A stretch of 43,213 bases of DNA, from positions 80,432,633 to 80,475,845 of the forward strand of contig NC_068983.1 in the NCBI RefSeq assembly GCF_001194135.2, written 5' to 3'. Below, piece by piece: positions 24,741-37,555 of this stretch. Under the pieces are notes generated by a model. It saw nothing but the letters and a program-made list of their open reading frames with translations. It was not told the origin of the DNA and did not search any database. Positions within the stretch are counted from its first letter, which is position 1. Each line of letters starts with the position of its first letter. Source of the stretch: Octopus bimaculoides. Lineage: Eukaryota. The position numbers and the translations under genes are program-made.

Positions 24741-24834
24741 TTTTCTGAAAATGAGCTGCAAAGCATCAGTTATGATCTAAAGTTTCTTAAGAAATTTGGA
24801 AGAACGAACAATATGCTATTGTATATCTATGAAG
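24741..24834 (+). CDS. Candidate coding exon of an unidentified long-intron gene
   Basis: Acceptor tattatcttctag and donor GAAG|gtatgt. 94 nt open as FSENELQSISYDLKFLKKFGRTNNMLLYIYE, phase 0 to 1. No homology recognised. Confidence 0.3.
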
Positions 24835-25854
24835 GTATGTATATATTATGTAAACTACAATCAACATCAAAAGATAAAATTACTAAAACACTGAATTACA
24901 ATATTCTTAACATTGTACTAAAAAAAAGTGAATTAAGCTTTAATTTTCAATTCAATTGTATTACATTGTAAGAATAGAATATTGTTGAGTGTGGATAATT
25001 TTTACAATTCATCTTTTAATCTCTTAATCCATTTTTTTTTAGAACAGAAGCATGAATACATTTTAAATAGGTGTTAGGTTTCTGCTATTTCATTAACATC
25101 TATCAATTTTATTTACAGCATTAATTAGTCAATTATATAGCAATAAAAGCTTCAATAACATTTTCTATAGTGATTTATTAATTGTGATTAGAAATCAATA
25201 ATTTTCTTTTTCTTTATTCAGTTGCATTTTCTATTATTTTTACAAGTTTATTATAGTATAACAAGTATTTATTATTTCATTTTATTCTAACCCTAATTAA
25301 CACTGTATTTTCACAACCAGATGTTATTAAAGAGCAGTTTGGAAATTTTAAATGAAAAATCAAATTATTTTGATTAATTAAGAATATGAAAATGTATTTT
25401 TCTATAGAACTCTTGTATCATTATCCTGTCAAAGGAACTTTTTAATATGAGAAGAGTTGTGTATTATTAATAATGCTATTGTTTTGGATCTGCTGCTATA
25501 ATTCATGTAATTAATTCAATTTATATCTTAAACACTTTTTAAATATTTATAAGCATTACTTTAAAATAGATCCATATCAAACAGCCCACTACACAAAATT
25601 GACATATCAATGCTTTGCTATTTTCTTTTAGTATTACATACATATAAATCACAAATGTTTATACAAAGGACTAAGGAAATGATAAATGAATCAACCTATT
25701 CATGTAATGCATGAATTTAGAATCTATATTCTCTTCAAACCATTTGTCTCACATGGACATTAGTAACAAGAACTTCCAGGTACTTTGGCTCAAAGTCTCT
25801 GTTTATCCACTTTTCTAAATTCCTTTTTTCTGCTTATGAAACTTCAGCCACCAG

Positions 25855-26055
25855 AGGCAACTCCCTTATCTATCTCACCTCTCTCTGAATTGACTATCTT
25901 GATGACTTCAGTACATGCAAAATTTCTTAGTCCTCAAATATCCTGAACTGTCTGCATTAATAAGTATCCTTATGTAAATTATAAACCAAAAAAATACCTG
26001 CATTTCCTTAATCCATTCTTTTCTCATCAGATACTCTGATCATTGTCTATCAATA
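25855..26055 (+). mobile_element. Possible degraded APE-endonuclease remnant of a CR1-type LINE
   Basis: LDDFS resembles the LGDFN motif and SDHCL matches the SDH motif, in the expected order. Weak. Confidence 0.3.
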
Positions 26056-26538
26056 TATTGTGCTGCAACACCAGGACCTTATCTGATGTGTCATTTCTCT
26101 TAGACATTAGGTACAATTTGAGAGAGATTTAACTGCTTTTTCTGTCATAGTGAGTGAGTTCTCAGAGAATCCATCTTTGTTGGTGGATAATCTCAGGTTA
26201 CAAAAACAATTAAGTGAAATCACTATCACTATTATTACCATTATCATTGTTGTTGCTTTTATATTCTGTACATTGCATCGATATTGTCTATTTATATATA
26301 TATTTGTGTATTTTGGAATTTTATTTTCATTTTATAGAGAATATATGTATTTATATAAGTTTTCGATGTGTATTTCAATTATGTTCCTTTAGACTTCGCC
26401 TGTGTTGCCTCCATAATAATATTATTTCGAATATAACTCTCAATGAGCACTACATTTTCCTTCTGTATTAATGTGAGTTGTTGTTAATAACAAGCTCTAA
26501 TTAAACTATATATTTTATATATATATGGTTTTTGTATT

Positions 26539-26699
26539 TGATGGGTTTCTTTCAGTTTCCATTAACTACATTCACTTACAAGGCTTTGGTCAACCTGGAG
26601 CTATAGTAGAAGACACTTGCCCATGGTACCACACAGTGGGACTGCATCTGAAGCCATGAAGTTGGGAAGTGAACTTCTTCACCACATAGCCATGCCTGT
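26539..26699 (-). mobile_element. SINE head A (degraded)
   Basis: Homologous to 11633-11794. Confidence 0.85.
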
Positions 26700-26858
26700 A
26701 TTTTTATAGTTTCCTATATGTTTTTTTTTTAATTTCTTCATTCTTATATGTATTCATTTAGAAATACACAGTAAAATTTAAATTCTGTTGCATTGATGGT
26801 TATTTGTTAAAATAAAATCTTCCATGCAATGATCCATATTAGTATGTTGATGATTCTT

Positions 26859-27078
26859 AAGGCAGTGAGCTGGCAAAATCATTAGCATGCTGAGCAAAGT
26901 GCTTAGCTGCATTTTCTCCATCTTCAGGTTTTAAGCTCAAATTCTGCTGAGGTCAACTTGACCTGTCATCCTTTTTGGGGTCGATAAAATAGCTATCAGC
27001 TGAACACTGGGGTCAATGCAATCAACTTATCTCCTCCCAAAAAATTGCTGGCCTTATGCCAAAATTTGAAATCAATGT
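26859..27078 (+). mobile_element. tRNA-derived SINE family D (tail variant 1)
   Basis: ggcagtgagctggcaaaatcattagcatgc...ctcaaattctgctgaggtcaac...ggggtcgataaaa. Homologous to 37042-37280. Confidence 0.85.
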
Positions 27079-27122
27079 ATTGATGATCCCTTTATTTTGA
27101 TATTAAGGGCCATTCAGAATAC

Positions 27123-27268
27123 CTGTGTGGTTAGAAGCTTGCTTCCTAACCACATGGTTCCAGGTTCAGATCTACTGTGGCATCTTGGGGGACAAGTATC
27201 ATCTACTGTAGCTTCAGGCCAACAAAAGCCCTGTGAGTGGATTTGGTAGAGGGAAACTGAAAGAAGCC

Positions 27269-27321
<53 letters not shown>

Positions 27322-27660
27322 AAATTGAAAACAGAACACAAAGGATATCACGGTACGCGTGTTTCAAGCTTTATACACAAACTGTCATTANNNNNNNNNN
27401 TATATATATATATATATATATTTATATAGATAGATAGATAGATAGATAGATAGGTATTTGTTATTTGTGTCTGTGTTTGTCACCCCACCATCTGTTGACA
27501 ACCGATGTTGGTGTGTTTATGTCCCCATCACCTAGCGGTTTGAGAAAAAGAAACTGATTGAATAAGTCCTGGGATTGATTTGTTTGACTAAAGGTGGTGC
27601 TCTAGCATGGCCACAGTCAAATGATTGAAACAAATAAAAGAATTAAAGAATAAAAGAATA
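27123..27660 (+). mobile_element. SINE head A + (TA)n + tail B, spanning a small gap
   Basis: Head A at 27123-27273, (TA)n to about 27315, N at 27391-27400, (GATA)n, tail B at 27466-27660. Confidence 0.8.
27391..27400. other. Assembly gap (N run)
   Basis: Ten N. Confidence 1.
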
Positions 27661-28017
27661 ACAACCAAGGTCAATTGTGGTTAGTTGAGTTTTTTAATTT
27701 ATGCCTTATCTTCTCCTCTCTCTATCTCTCCTTCACTCCTCCTACCTCCCCACCATAGCCTTCACCTACTTCCCCACTACATTTATATATCTATTAATTT
27801 CCCCTGACTCTTGTCTCTCATCTCATTGACAGTCACAGGCTCAGGGATTCCCGAATGGCTGGTATATGTCCCGGCCATATATACTACCAACTGTCCTGAC
27901 CACCCAGGCATTTGAACTAGGTACACTTGGACAATTGATCAGGATTGCTTTTATATTGTGCTGTTTTGAAACATTTGATAGTTTTAAAACGATTGACACT
28001 TTTCTAAACTACATGAA

Positions 28018-28056
<39 letters not shown>

Positions 28057-28132
28057 TATAATTGAGATTCAGTTGAATTAGGTACTTAAGTCAGTCCAAT
28101 ACTATCCGTACAGCTTGAAATAAGGTGAATAA

Positions 28133-28497
28133 AATCAAAATAAGCAACAGGATATCAAGAAGTGATGCAGTACGACCTTTTCAAGCGGCTCCATTTAATT
28201 GAACAATGCAATCATTGCATTAATTTAAATGCAGAGCTTTACAAGCTATAACCCCATACTTTTCTTGGAAGTGTAGTCTATTCTTAGCTACAATAGCGAC
28301 AACATGGATTTCTTCCATCTTCTTGCTCTGAGAAAAACTATATTAATGTGTCCAACTGATTAAAATTCTATTTATTTGTGCAGCTGATGATAGCTCTGCA
28401 TTTAAATTGATGTAATGATTGCATTGTTCAATTAAATGGAACCACTTGAAACAGTCGTACTGCATTACCGCTTCATATCCTGTTGCTTATTTTGATT
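28133..28497. mobile_element. MITE-like element with 106-bp terminal inverted repeats
   Basis: 28133-28238 versus rc of 28392-28497 is 96/106 with no gaps. 153-bp non-coding spacer. TA at 28130-28131 and (TA)n on the right. Confidence 0.8.
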
Positions 28498-29837
28498 ATA
28501 TATATATATATATATATATAACAAACAATAGTCCCATCAGAATAGTATTGAAGAATATATAGAAACGAAATTGTAATAATGTAAAATAAAAATATTATAT
28601 ATCATTTATATCATTTAAATGCTAAAGGACTTCTGAATCCCTTGTATATTTGATGTTTTTCTTCTTTTTAACAATATTGTATCATAATAATAGTATTAAG
28701 CATTTTGAAGCATAGACATTCCTTCAAACATCAAGATTAGAATTCACTTGTAATCTTAAGTGGTATAATGTATTGTGTACATACATATTTTTGTGCTAAA
28801 ATTCAGAATCGTATTATTTTCTATTTAGTAAACTACTTCATATTCTTTGTCTAGACCCATATAATTTTACATGGACTTATCAATGTAATTCAGTAAATTG
28901 TATATATTTATATGTTGAGAACATTTATATTTGCATTAAATCATTTTAGTTAATACTTCTTCCAGAATACCTATTTTTCTTTTGCTAGTGTCTTGCCACA
29001 GCTTAAACACCAATTGTATTGAACTTAAAATGCATACTCTTAAAGAAAAGTAGTATGCAGTGGCATATATTTCTAAAATTTCCTGTTGGAAGCAAAAGGA
29101 AATCTGTTTTGTTAACCTAAAATCTATTAGAATAAGAGGTAACTTTTAGTATAGTGGTATATACATTTTCTTCATATCATGTCCCAAAAGGGATGGAAAT
29201 ATGATATTTATTGTCATGATTTACAAAGAAAAGAGATTAGAAGTCATGTAACTTTAAATGTTTGCAATATTTTTGAAGAAAGGGTTGTTTTTATTCACTT
29301 TTTAATGGCTTCTGATACCTTTAAGAGCTGAAATGTTTGCATGAATGCATTTCCAAAAGTTATTGAAATCAAGCAAGATATTTAACCCCGTAATTTTGAA
29401 ATATCTACATTTGTTATTTCAAACATTCTGTAGATAACTGAAGATTAAGAATGTCATTGAATAAATGTGTATGAAAATGGGTTTGATAGTAGATGAGAAA
29501 ATATTCGTTTGTATAATGCATATAAAAACGGAAAATTTTACTCTTTATTAAGCAAGTAATATATCCAGTTCTCTGAAGATATATCTGCATAAATTGTTTC
29601 TGATTGTATTAATAAAATTGTATGGAAACTTTACTTCTAAAAGCCTTCAAAGTAAGTGCCTGAAATAATCGAGGTGTGAAACTTATGGTTAGAAAAGTGT
29701 AAACTTTTGCAGTTGTTTCTTTGACTTCAATTATATAAATTTTCCCCAAGTTTTGCTAAACATTTTATTTAGCTAAAGTAAGTTTAAGAAGATTTGGATC
29801 TTATCTAAATTTGCACCTACTCCCACCAAAAAAAACC

Positions 29838-30216
29838 TATTCTTTTACTCTTTTCAGTCATTTGACTGCAGCCATGCTGGTACACTGCCTTTAGTCGAGC
29901 AAATCGACTCCAGAGCTTATTCTTTGTAAGCCTGGTACTTATTCTACTGGTCTCTTTTGCCGAATGACTAAGTTACGGGGATATAAACACACCAGCATTA
30001 GTTGTCAAGTAATGTTGGGGGGACAAACACACACAAATATATACACACATAGACATATATATATATATATATTCCGTCTACCAAATCCACTCACAAGGCT
30101 TTGGTTGGCCAGAGGCTATAGTAGAAGACACTTGCCCAAGGTGCCACACAGTGGCACTGAACCCAGGACCATGTGGTTGATAAGCAAACTACTTACCACA
30201 CAGCCACTCCTGCACC
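29838..30216 (-). mobile_element. tRNA-derived SINE, head A + microsatellite + tail B (full length)
   Basis: Same architecture as 11373-11794. Confidence 0.9.
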
Positions 30217-32135
30217 TATGTGAACATAAATAAATTGTATTCTAATGGTATTAATTTCCAATTTTCTATGAATTTGTAATTTTACTATAAAGGGATTATA
30301 TTTCAGATAATGCATTATCATATGATAACTATGTACCTAGTTTGGAATATATAACAACTTAAAATTTATTAATATATGCTAATGATCAACATATTTTGCT
30401 ATTTTTGTTTGATCCAACTCTGAATTCCTTAAGTAAGTTTGAATGAACAAAAAAAAAAAATCAAGGATTTCATATAAATGAAAATCTCAGCAATCTGTAT
30501 TTACTCAACAAAAGCCAATAAAGGTCATAAACTGTAGGTTAGGGGAAGCTCTAGTGTTAAATAATGCCTTAAATGAAATTCGCTGCCTGGCCGTCTAATC
30601 TTTGTTTGAGTTCACTCTGTTGCAAACATCCAGACTAGGTATCTTGATTGAAATATACTTCTTGCCATCCACCCTATGTCTAAGAGGGGCTAAAAATAGG
30701 TTATAGGCATTGACATTTGCCTTCTAAGTTATAATGAGATATTTGATGAAATCTTTAAGAAAACATTTAGAGAGGAATCTTAGCTTGGTAGATCTGCAAA
30801 TGATGTAATGTTATATTCCTATCTATACTTAAGACAAACCTACTAATTGAGAAAACTTTATTATGTCTGTATGCTATTACATTAAATGTAGAAGAGCCTT
30901 AATAACATTCTAGAAGGGCTATCTTAAACTACAAATGTTATCATTCACAATTTTTATTTCATTTCTTTCTTGAAATGGTATCATTACTGCAACCAAAAAT
31001 TGCAGTTAAAAGGTTGGAGCCATATTTCATTCAACAATACATTTACAACCACAACTTTACTGTAAACATGTACCTATGTCTTTCTCAAAATTTCCTCTCA
31101 ATATCTCATATGTTACAGTTAATTTATTAATTTAGAATCATGCTGAAACTTTAAAATTATGCATCTCTTAAAATTATAAGTCTCAGAAAGATGGTATTGG
31201 TTTCAATCATCAACAGAATAGTGATTTCTAATACTGAAATAATTAAAGATTGTATTATCATATAGGCTTCTGTGGCATTGTGACATTTATGCCTTTTCCA
31301 AGGACATACACTGTCAGTAAAATCATCCTTTAAATTAATGTGTTAATTACATCAGTTTGATCTAATCTTTCATTGCATATATCCAAACCTGAAAAGAATT
31401 TCTGGATTTTGATCATAAAACAAACAGACCAGAATTTATTGTTCTTGTAACTTCCTAAGCTAAAGTTTGCAAAAGGTTTGCTTCATTATCATCTATGCTT
31501 TTATGAAAGAAATTTTTGAAGAAAAAAGAAAAAAAACTCAAAATCTATACACATTTATATTTTGGATGTTTGATAATTTAAAATTTCATTAGTTTCAAGA
31601 AAAATCTATAAAAAAATAGGAGAAAATATGTGATTATTTTTGATAAATAATAAGAAAAACATCATTTTTCATTATAATTGGTGAAAATTAGATTTAGGCA
31701 ATATTTTACTTTTCATTTTAATATCTTAATCATTTTAATGCCACAGTTAGATATTGTTGTAATCTAAAATATGGTGTTAGTATAAAACAGAAATTAATGC
31801 AAAGAAGGATTGATGTATTAGATGTTTAGTAACTCTGATTACTTTATTATGTATTTATACAAAATATCATCAAAATGATACTTTGACGACATTTTGAAAA
31901 CAGGAATTTCTTATGGCCAAAATGAATCACTACTTTGATTTATATCTATTCTATTGAACTGTAAAAATAATATACATTGCAAAAACTTGCTTGCCAAAGT
32001 ATAAAAAGAAAATGTGTTCCACCCTCTTTTTTTAAAATTTTGATTGCCATCATCATCATCATTGTAGTTATTAAAAATAGTCCTATATCAAATTAAATGT
32101 TCTGTAGAATCTGGTTTTGTTTCTTTTTGTTCTGA

Positions 32136-32193
32136 GTTCAAATTCCACCAGGGTTGGGTTCAAATTCCACCAGGGTTGGGTTCAAATTCCACC
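32136..32193 (+). repeat. 22-bp exact tandem repeat, 2.6 copies, derived from the SINE D B-box region
   Basis: gttcaaattccaccagggttgg x2 plus gttcaaattccacc. Compare gttcaaattccgccgaggtcg in SINE D at about 37120. Confidence 0.9.
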
Positions 32194-32280
32194 TTTCAAT
32201 ATGATAAAATATAATATAATTTATTGCTATCCTCCACCTATACTGTTGATGTTGTTGTTGTTGCTGCTGTTGTTGTTGTT

Positions 32281-32447
32281 AAAGCAGTGATCTGGCAGAA
32301 TGGTTAGCATATTTTATCCACCTTTACATTCTGTGCTTAAATTTTGCCAAGGTAGACTTTGCCTTTTATCCTTTTGGGGGTGGTACCAGTTGAGCACTGG
32401 GGATGATATAAATGATTAACTCCTCTCCCACAAAATTTCAGAGGTCT
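32281..32447 (+). mobile_element. SINE family D, degraded with internal deletions
   Basis: gcagtgatctggcagaatggttagcat...gactttgccttttatccttttggggg...ccagttgagcactgggg. Confidence 0.75.
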
Positions 32448-33003
32448 GATGCTGAAGGAAGGGAGGAAGATCTCTTTATCCACATCCCGTGTGATATTAT
32501 ATAATATATAGAGATGCAGGAGAAGTGAAAGTCACTCTATTGCTACACTCAAATGTGAGGGATTCATCTTTAAACCATTCTATATGAATGGGCAGATGAG
32601 TGGCAAAGTAATACTTATATTTAAAACAACATTAAGACACAAACTACATATGCACATCACAAACAAGATAAACTCCAATGATCAAAATATATATGTATGA
32701 TGACAAGGAAATATAAGTGACAAATTCTGGTTGTAAAGTCCGCATTAAAAAAAATGTTGCCCACTATCAAAAAAATATATAATACATGCACCAGTACTGC
32801 TCCACATACTGATAAAGATGTTGAGTTGATATGTTGAAACTTTTCTGTTTGTAACAAACTACCAAAAACTAACTAAAAAGATTAAACTGGAAAATAGTCA
32901 TTTTTTAACTATAATATTTTTAAAAGAAAAGCTTTATGCATATATAAATGTGTGTGTGTGTGAGGTCATGTCACAGCTTCAATACTACACATGTGTGATT
33001 AGA

Positions 33004-33216
33004 ATGTCACAGGAAATAATTGTAAGATAGATTCTTCAAGCTGAGCCAACGAGCGGGAGACCTAAGGGTAGACCAATTATGAAATGGTTGGATAATATCC
33101 GTTATTTCAGTTGGTCATCTTTGGGAATCCAACTGGAAGGTCTCATGACAATTGCTTCTGATAAGATACTATGGAGGAAGCGCCTGAAGATTTCCTATCA
33201 GCCCTCCCAGGAATAG
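33004..33216 (+). mobile_element. 3' remnant of a second RTE-like LINE family
   Basis: Translates ...VR*ILQAEPTSGRPKGRPIMKWLDNIR...IASDKILWRKRL, the RTE C-terminal RPxGRPxxxWxD...A.D...WR motif. Confidence 0.75.
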
Positions 33217-33475
33217 TGGACGGAGAAGATAGATGGAGGAATGGAAATTAGTGTTTGAAGAAAAGCAGTGAGTTACAATATATTTTTGTTAATTTGATTT
33301 GGATTATGAAGAATAATTGAAGTTTTAATTTTGGTAGTAAATACCTGTAATATAGGGAAAACTTTTTGTTTATAAACTATCTCTTTATTTTAAAATGTTT
33401 TCTTCATTTTCCTTTTTGCATCCATGCTAGCAACACTAAAAATATTATACAACTAAATTATACACAGGTGTGGAC

Positions 33476-33895
33476 AGGTGGAGGCTGGCTATGTGGTAAA
33501 GAAGTTTGCTTCCCAACCACATAGTTTCAGGTTTACTCCTACTGCATAGTAGCTTGGGCTTGTGTCTTATATTATAGCCTTGGGTTGACCAAAGCCTTGT
33601 GAGTGGATTTGGAAGAGGGAAACTAAAAGAAGTCAATTGTATGTGTATGTACATATGCTTGTGTCTCCTTGTCTTGATATCATGTGATTGTTGTGAATGA
33701 ATCGCATTCATTTCCAATATTCTGTTAAAAGCATGTCTAGTTACAGGGAAATATTACCTTGCATGGAATCAGCTGAGGGTTGATGATAGAAAACATATCC
33801 AGCTGTAAAAAAATTTACCTCAATAAACTCCATCTGACCCACGGAAAAATGGGTGTTAGATTGACAATGATGATAATGATGATGATAATAATAAT
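33476..33895 (+). mobile_element. SINE head A joined to a different tail (C, ending in an RTE-type (GAT/AAT)n tail)
   Basis: Head A at 33476-33645. The tail includes gagggttgatgatagaaaacatatccagctgtaaaa, similar to the RTE 3' end ttggcgttaggaagggcatccagctgtagaaa. Confidence 0.75.
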
Positions 33896-35213
33896 AAAAG
33901 CACAACAATTTAAACTGATGAATACATTGCAAATTGGGCATAACTTTTAAAATCAATCTCTAGAGTGAGCTTGCTATAACGACGAGCACTTTTTCAATGT
34001 TTCACATCTTAAACAACGCATATCTACCATTTTGTTTTCAATTGAAGTTTATTTCTTTTAACTCTAAATTAATTTTATTTTTGAGAGGCTTGATTATTTT
34101 TGAAATTAAATATGAAATGAGTCTGGTATAAGTGTTTAAGAATGTAACTTGAAAAAACTCCTCACTACACTTAATTGCTTTTTATCTTTCTTCAAGAAGA
34201 AATAACTAGTAATGCTAATAAATCGTTAGCATGTTCTTAATTTGAACAACCATCTACTTAATAATATTAGAATATTGTATAAAATTGTTTCAATATTAAA
34301 AACTAGCTAAATTATATACAATCTTAAAGGAAAAGAAATGGAATCTACTTTTGTCAAGTATATTTTGAACAATGTTGATTGTAAAGTACTTTATTTATTA
34401 CATTGATTATTTGCTAATCTCTTAAATAGTCATTTTTATGTTAATTGTTAAATAGATATATTAAATTTGTGTAGTTTCTTTACCAAAAGGATAATATTTT
34501 GAGAGTTAACTCCTTTAGTTTCCCTTTAAAATATTATTTATATGTGGGAAAAATCTTATTTTAATACATCAAATTTTCTTGATTGTAATATTCAATTATT
34601 CCTTTTAGAATATTTTTTTATGGAAACAAAAAAATATTCACATTGTTAATTTGTATGCTTATAATTCAAGAATATATGGTAGGTTTCTTTAAACTAATTT
34701 TAGCATTATCTAAAGAATTATATGCTTTAAAGGATACAAGTTTCAATTTCAATAGTCTTTTAAAAATATTTTTCATTCAGTAAAGTAGAAAAAGCAACTA
34801 AATTTTATTCAGTTATTGAATATTTTACCTTTTGCTTATTTCAATTGCACCTTATTCTTTTCTAGATGTATTTAAAGTGATTGTTTAATATGCTTAAAAA
34901 TTCAAATTTAATATTTTATGCTTGTCCCGGAAATATCACCAGTCTATTATAGAAACCCTCTTATGAAATAGAACAAATTAACACCCAGTTTCAATAAAAA
35001 TACTTTTCTAAAAATCTTTAACAAAGCAATTAATTATAAGGCTTTATTGGGTTATCAAAAAATAGCTAAAGAGGAATTTCATTTCCTTATTGTTTAGGTT
35101 AACAGGCTCTTGTCAAAACATTTTCATAGCATACTGGTAATCAAAGTTTAATAACTACTTCTTTTATTGGACCGTTGTAGTCTTTCTGTACTGTCTAAAT
35201 ATTTTCACTTCCT

Positions 35214-35368
<155 letters not shown>

Positions 35369-35820
35369 TTTCTTTGTGTATTTCAATTTGGCAATAATTT
35401 CATATGTAGCATGGAGGAAATAGTCATTCAGAATATCCTTCATTGACAAAAAGCTTACTTGCTTAGTTTTACTTCAGCTATGAGTTATCTTTAATATTGC
35501 TGTTTTACAAATATAAAAAGAAATCCAGCTAAATCAGAAAAACTGAAACTCATCTAAGCTAACTTTCAGTTGTGCTGTGATTAGCTCTGTTATTTTCATA
35601 ACCTGGTCCATCTATTTCATGCCTTAGTAGTACTTAAATTCTCAAGTAAACAAGACTAACTTTAATCATGTTAATGCTGTGCTTAGTAGCAAGGTGATAA
35701 GGGGTGAATCCTACAACTATCATCAATCACACCAATTCTCTTAATTTCCAATCCTGAAAACTGACAGCTAAGTACTCACTCATCACCAGAAACTTCCTTT
35801 GGTCTTGTCAGGTAGAAAGC

Positions 35821-36445
35821 TTCAGAGTAGCTGCCATCAATGTTTGCATTATTAAAGGTAGGTCTAGACTAGAGATGCTGAAGTAGAGGTGAATAATTGT
35901 GGACTCTGTTCAAGAGGTAAAATGGAGTGGAAGCTCACCTAGACTCCACATACACAAGTGAGTTGAGTAGGCATATTGCTGGTAGAGAAATTGGTAAAGT
36001 AATTGAGTTTATGACAGTATAAGATTAACAGTAGATTTTTTTGTGAAGTTCTTTGATTACTTTGATAGCAAATTAGAATGACCTGATTGTCATAGCTGAT
36101 GACTTTAACAAACATGTTGAGCAACTCCATGATAGCTACCCCAATGTATGTGCAGGTTAAGGATATGATCTGAAAAATTAGGAGGGATCAATGATCTTGA
36201 AGTTCTATGACACAAATTACCCAACTATTCTTGACATAGGAAACTGGTCACTCATTTGATCACCTATCAGATAATGCCAGATAGACTTCACATACCAGGA
36301 ATGGAAAAGGAAACTGATTGTGAATACTATATCCTTAGTCAGTGGAAAATGTACCACTCAAAATAGGTTACTGGTCAGTAACGTCAGAATAAGAACTAAA
36401 TAGACTCAGCAACACAGTGCAAGAAGGAAAATATGAGAGCTCAAA
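35821..36445 (+). mobile_element. RTE LINE apurinic-endonuclease (APE) remnant
   Basis: FRVAAINVCIIKGRS..EML...VQEVKWSG, DLIVIADDFNKHV (GDFN motif), EGSMILKF and CTTQNRLLVSNVRI, in APE order. Many stops and deletions. Confidence 0.8.
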
Positions 36446-36886
36446 GATTCCGTGGCCTTATAGATTGGAGTAGCCATCCACTGTGACAATCAGCTCATTC
36501 CAATTTGTTATCAAAATAACTTGAGAACTTTACAGAAAATTTACTGATAATCTATCATTTATTATCAAAATAATCTGAAGACCTCTCAGAGACAGTCCTT
36601 TTGCTTAGCTATCACTTCTGATTGTGGTGCATAAACAAATAGCTATTGCTGTCATGTTCCTATGGTTAATTAAAGAAATAATAAGAAAGAAGAGATAGAG
36701 ATTTATAACTTAAGGGAGAATTGACTGTTTCTTTGGTACAAACAGCTGTGAGCTGCAAACCATATCTGTTGATAGATTAGGGTTCTTGTCAGACTGAAAG
36801 TCAGATGATAGTAAAGAGAATCTTAAAAACTAATGAAAAGTGAGTTTTTCCAATCAATGAAATCTTTTTTTAATATTATTTTTAAT

Positions 36887-37555
36887 AGGTGTAGGTGTAG
36901 CTGTGTGGTCAGAAGCTTGTTTCCCAGCCACATGGTTCTGGATTCAGCCCCATTGCATATTACCTTGGGCAAATGTCTTCTATTATAGCTTCAGGCTAAC
37001 CAAAGCCTTGTAAGTGGATTTGGTTGACAGAAGCTGAGGCAAAGGTGATGAGCTGGCAGAATCGTTAGCACACCAGGCGAAATGCTTATCGAAATGCTTA
37101 GTCTGTCGTTACACTCTGGGTTCAAATTCCGCCGAGGTCGACTTTGCCTTTCATCCTTTCGGGGTCGATAAATTAAGTACCAGTTACGCACTGGGGTCGA
37201 TGTAATCGACTTAATCCCTTTGTCTGTCCTTGTTTGTCTCCTCTATGTTTAGCCCCTTGTGGGCAATAATGAAATAAGAAACTGCGGGAAGACTGTTGAC
37301 TGTATATATATCTAGTGTGTGTCATTGTGTCTGCATTTGTTCCCCACAACCGCTTGACAGCCAGTATTGGTTTGTTTACATCTCTGTTACCTAATGGTTT
37401 GGCAAAGAGACTGAGAGAATAGGTACCAAGCTTACAAACAAAAAAGAAAGCAATAAACAAAAACAAAAGTACTGGGGTTGATGCATTCAACTAAAACTAC
37501 TTCAAGGCAAGTACCCCAGCATGGCCACAATCTAATGACTGAAATAAGTAAAAGG
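36887..37555 (+). mobile_element. SINE head A + tail B split by a nested SINE D
   Basis: Head A at 36887-37041, D insert at 37042-37280, remainder and tail B at 37281-37555. Confidence 0.85.
37042..37280 (+). mobile_element. SINE family D (tail variant 2), well preserved and nested
   Basis: Retains many CpGs (gccgaggtcgac, ggggtcgat). Candidate diverged TSD agaagctgaggca (37029-37041) versus agaaactgcggga (37277-37289), 10/13. Confidence 0.9.

Noticed and set aside
27893-27925. ctgaccac...tgaactaggtac as a degenerate hammerhead
   Set aside because: G8 and the GAAA motif are both broken and there are no coherent stems.
32136-32193. Repeat array as a CRISPR candidate
   Set aside because: Units are contiguous with no spacers, SINE-derived, in a eukaryotic context with no cas genes.
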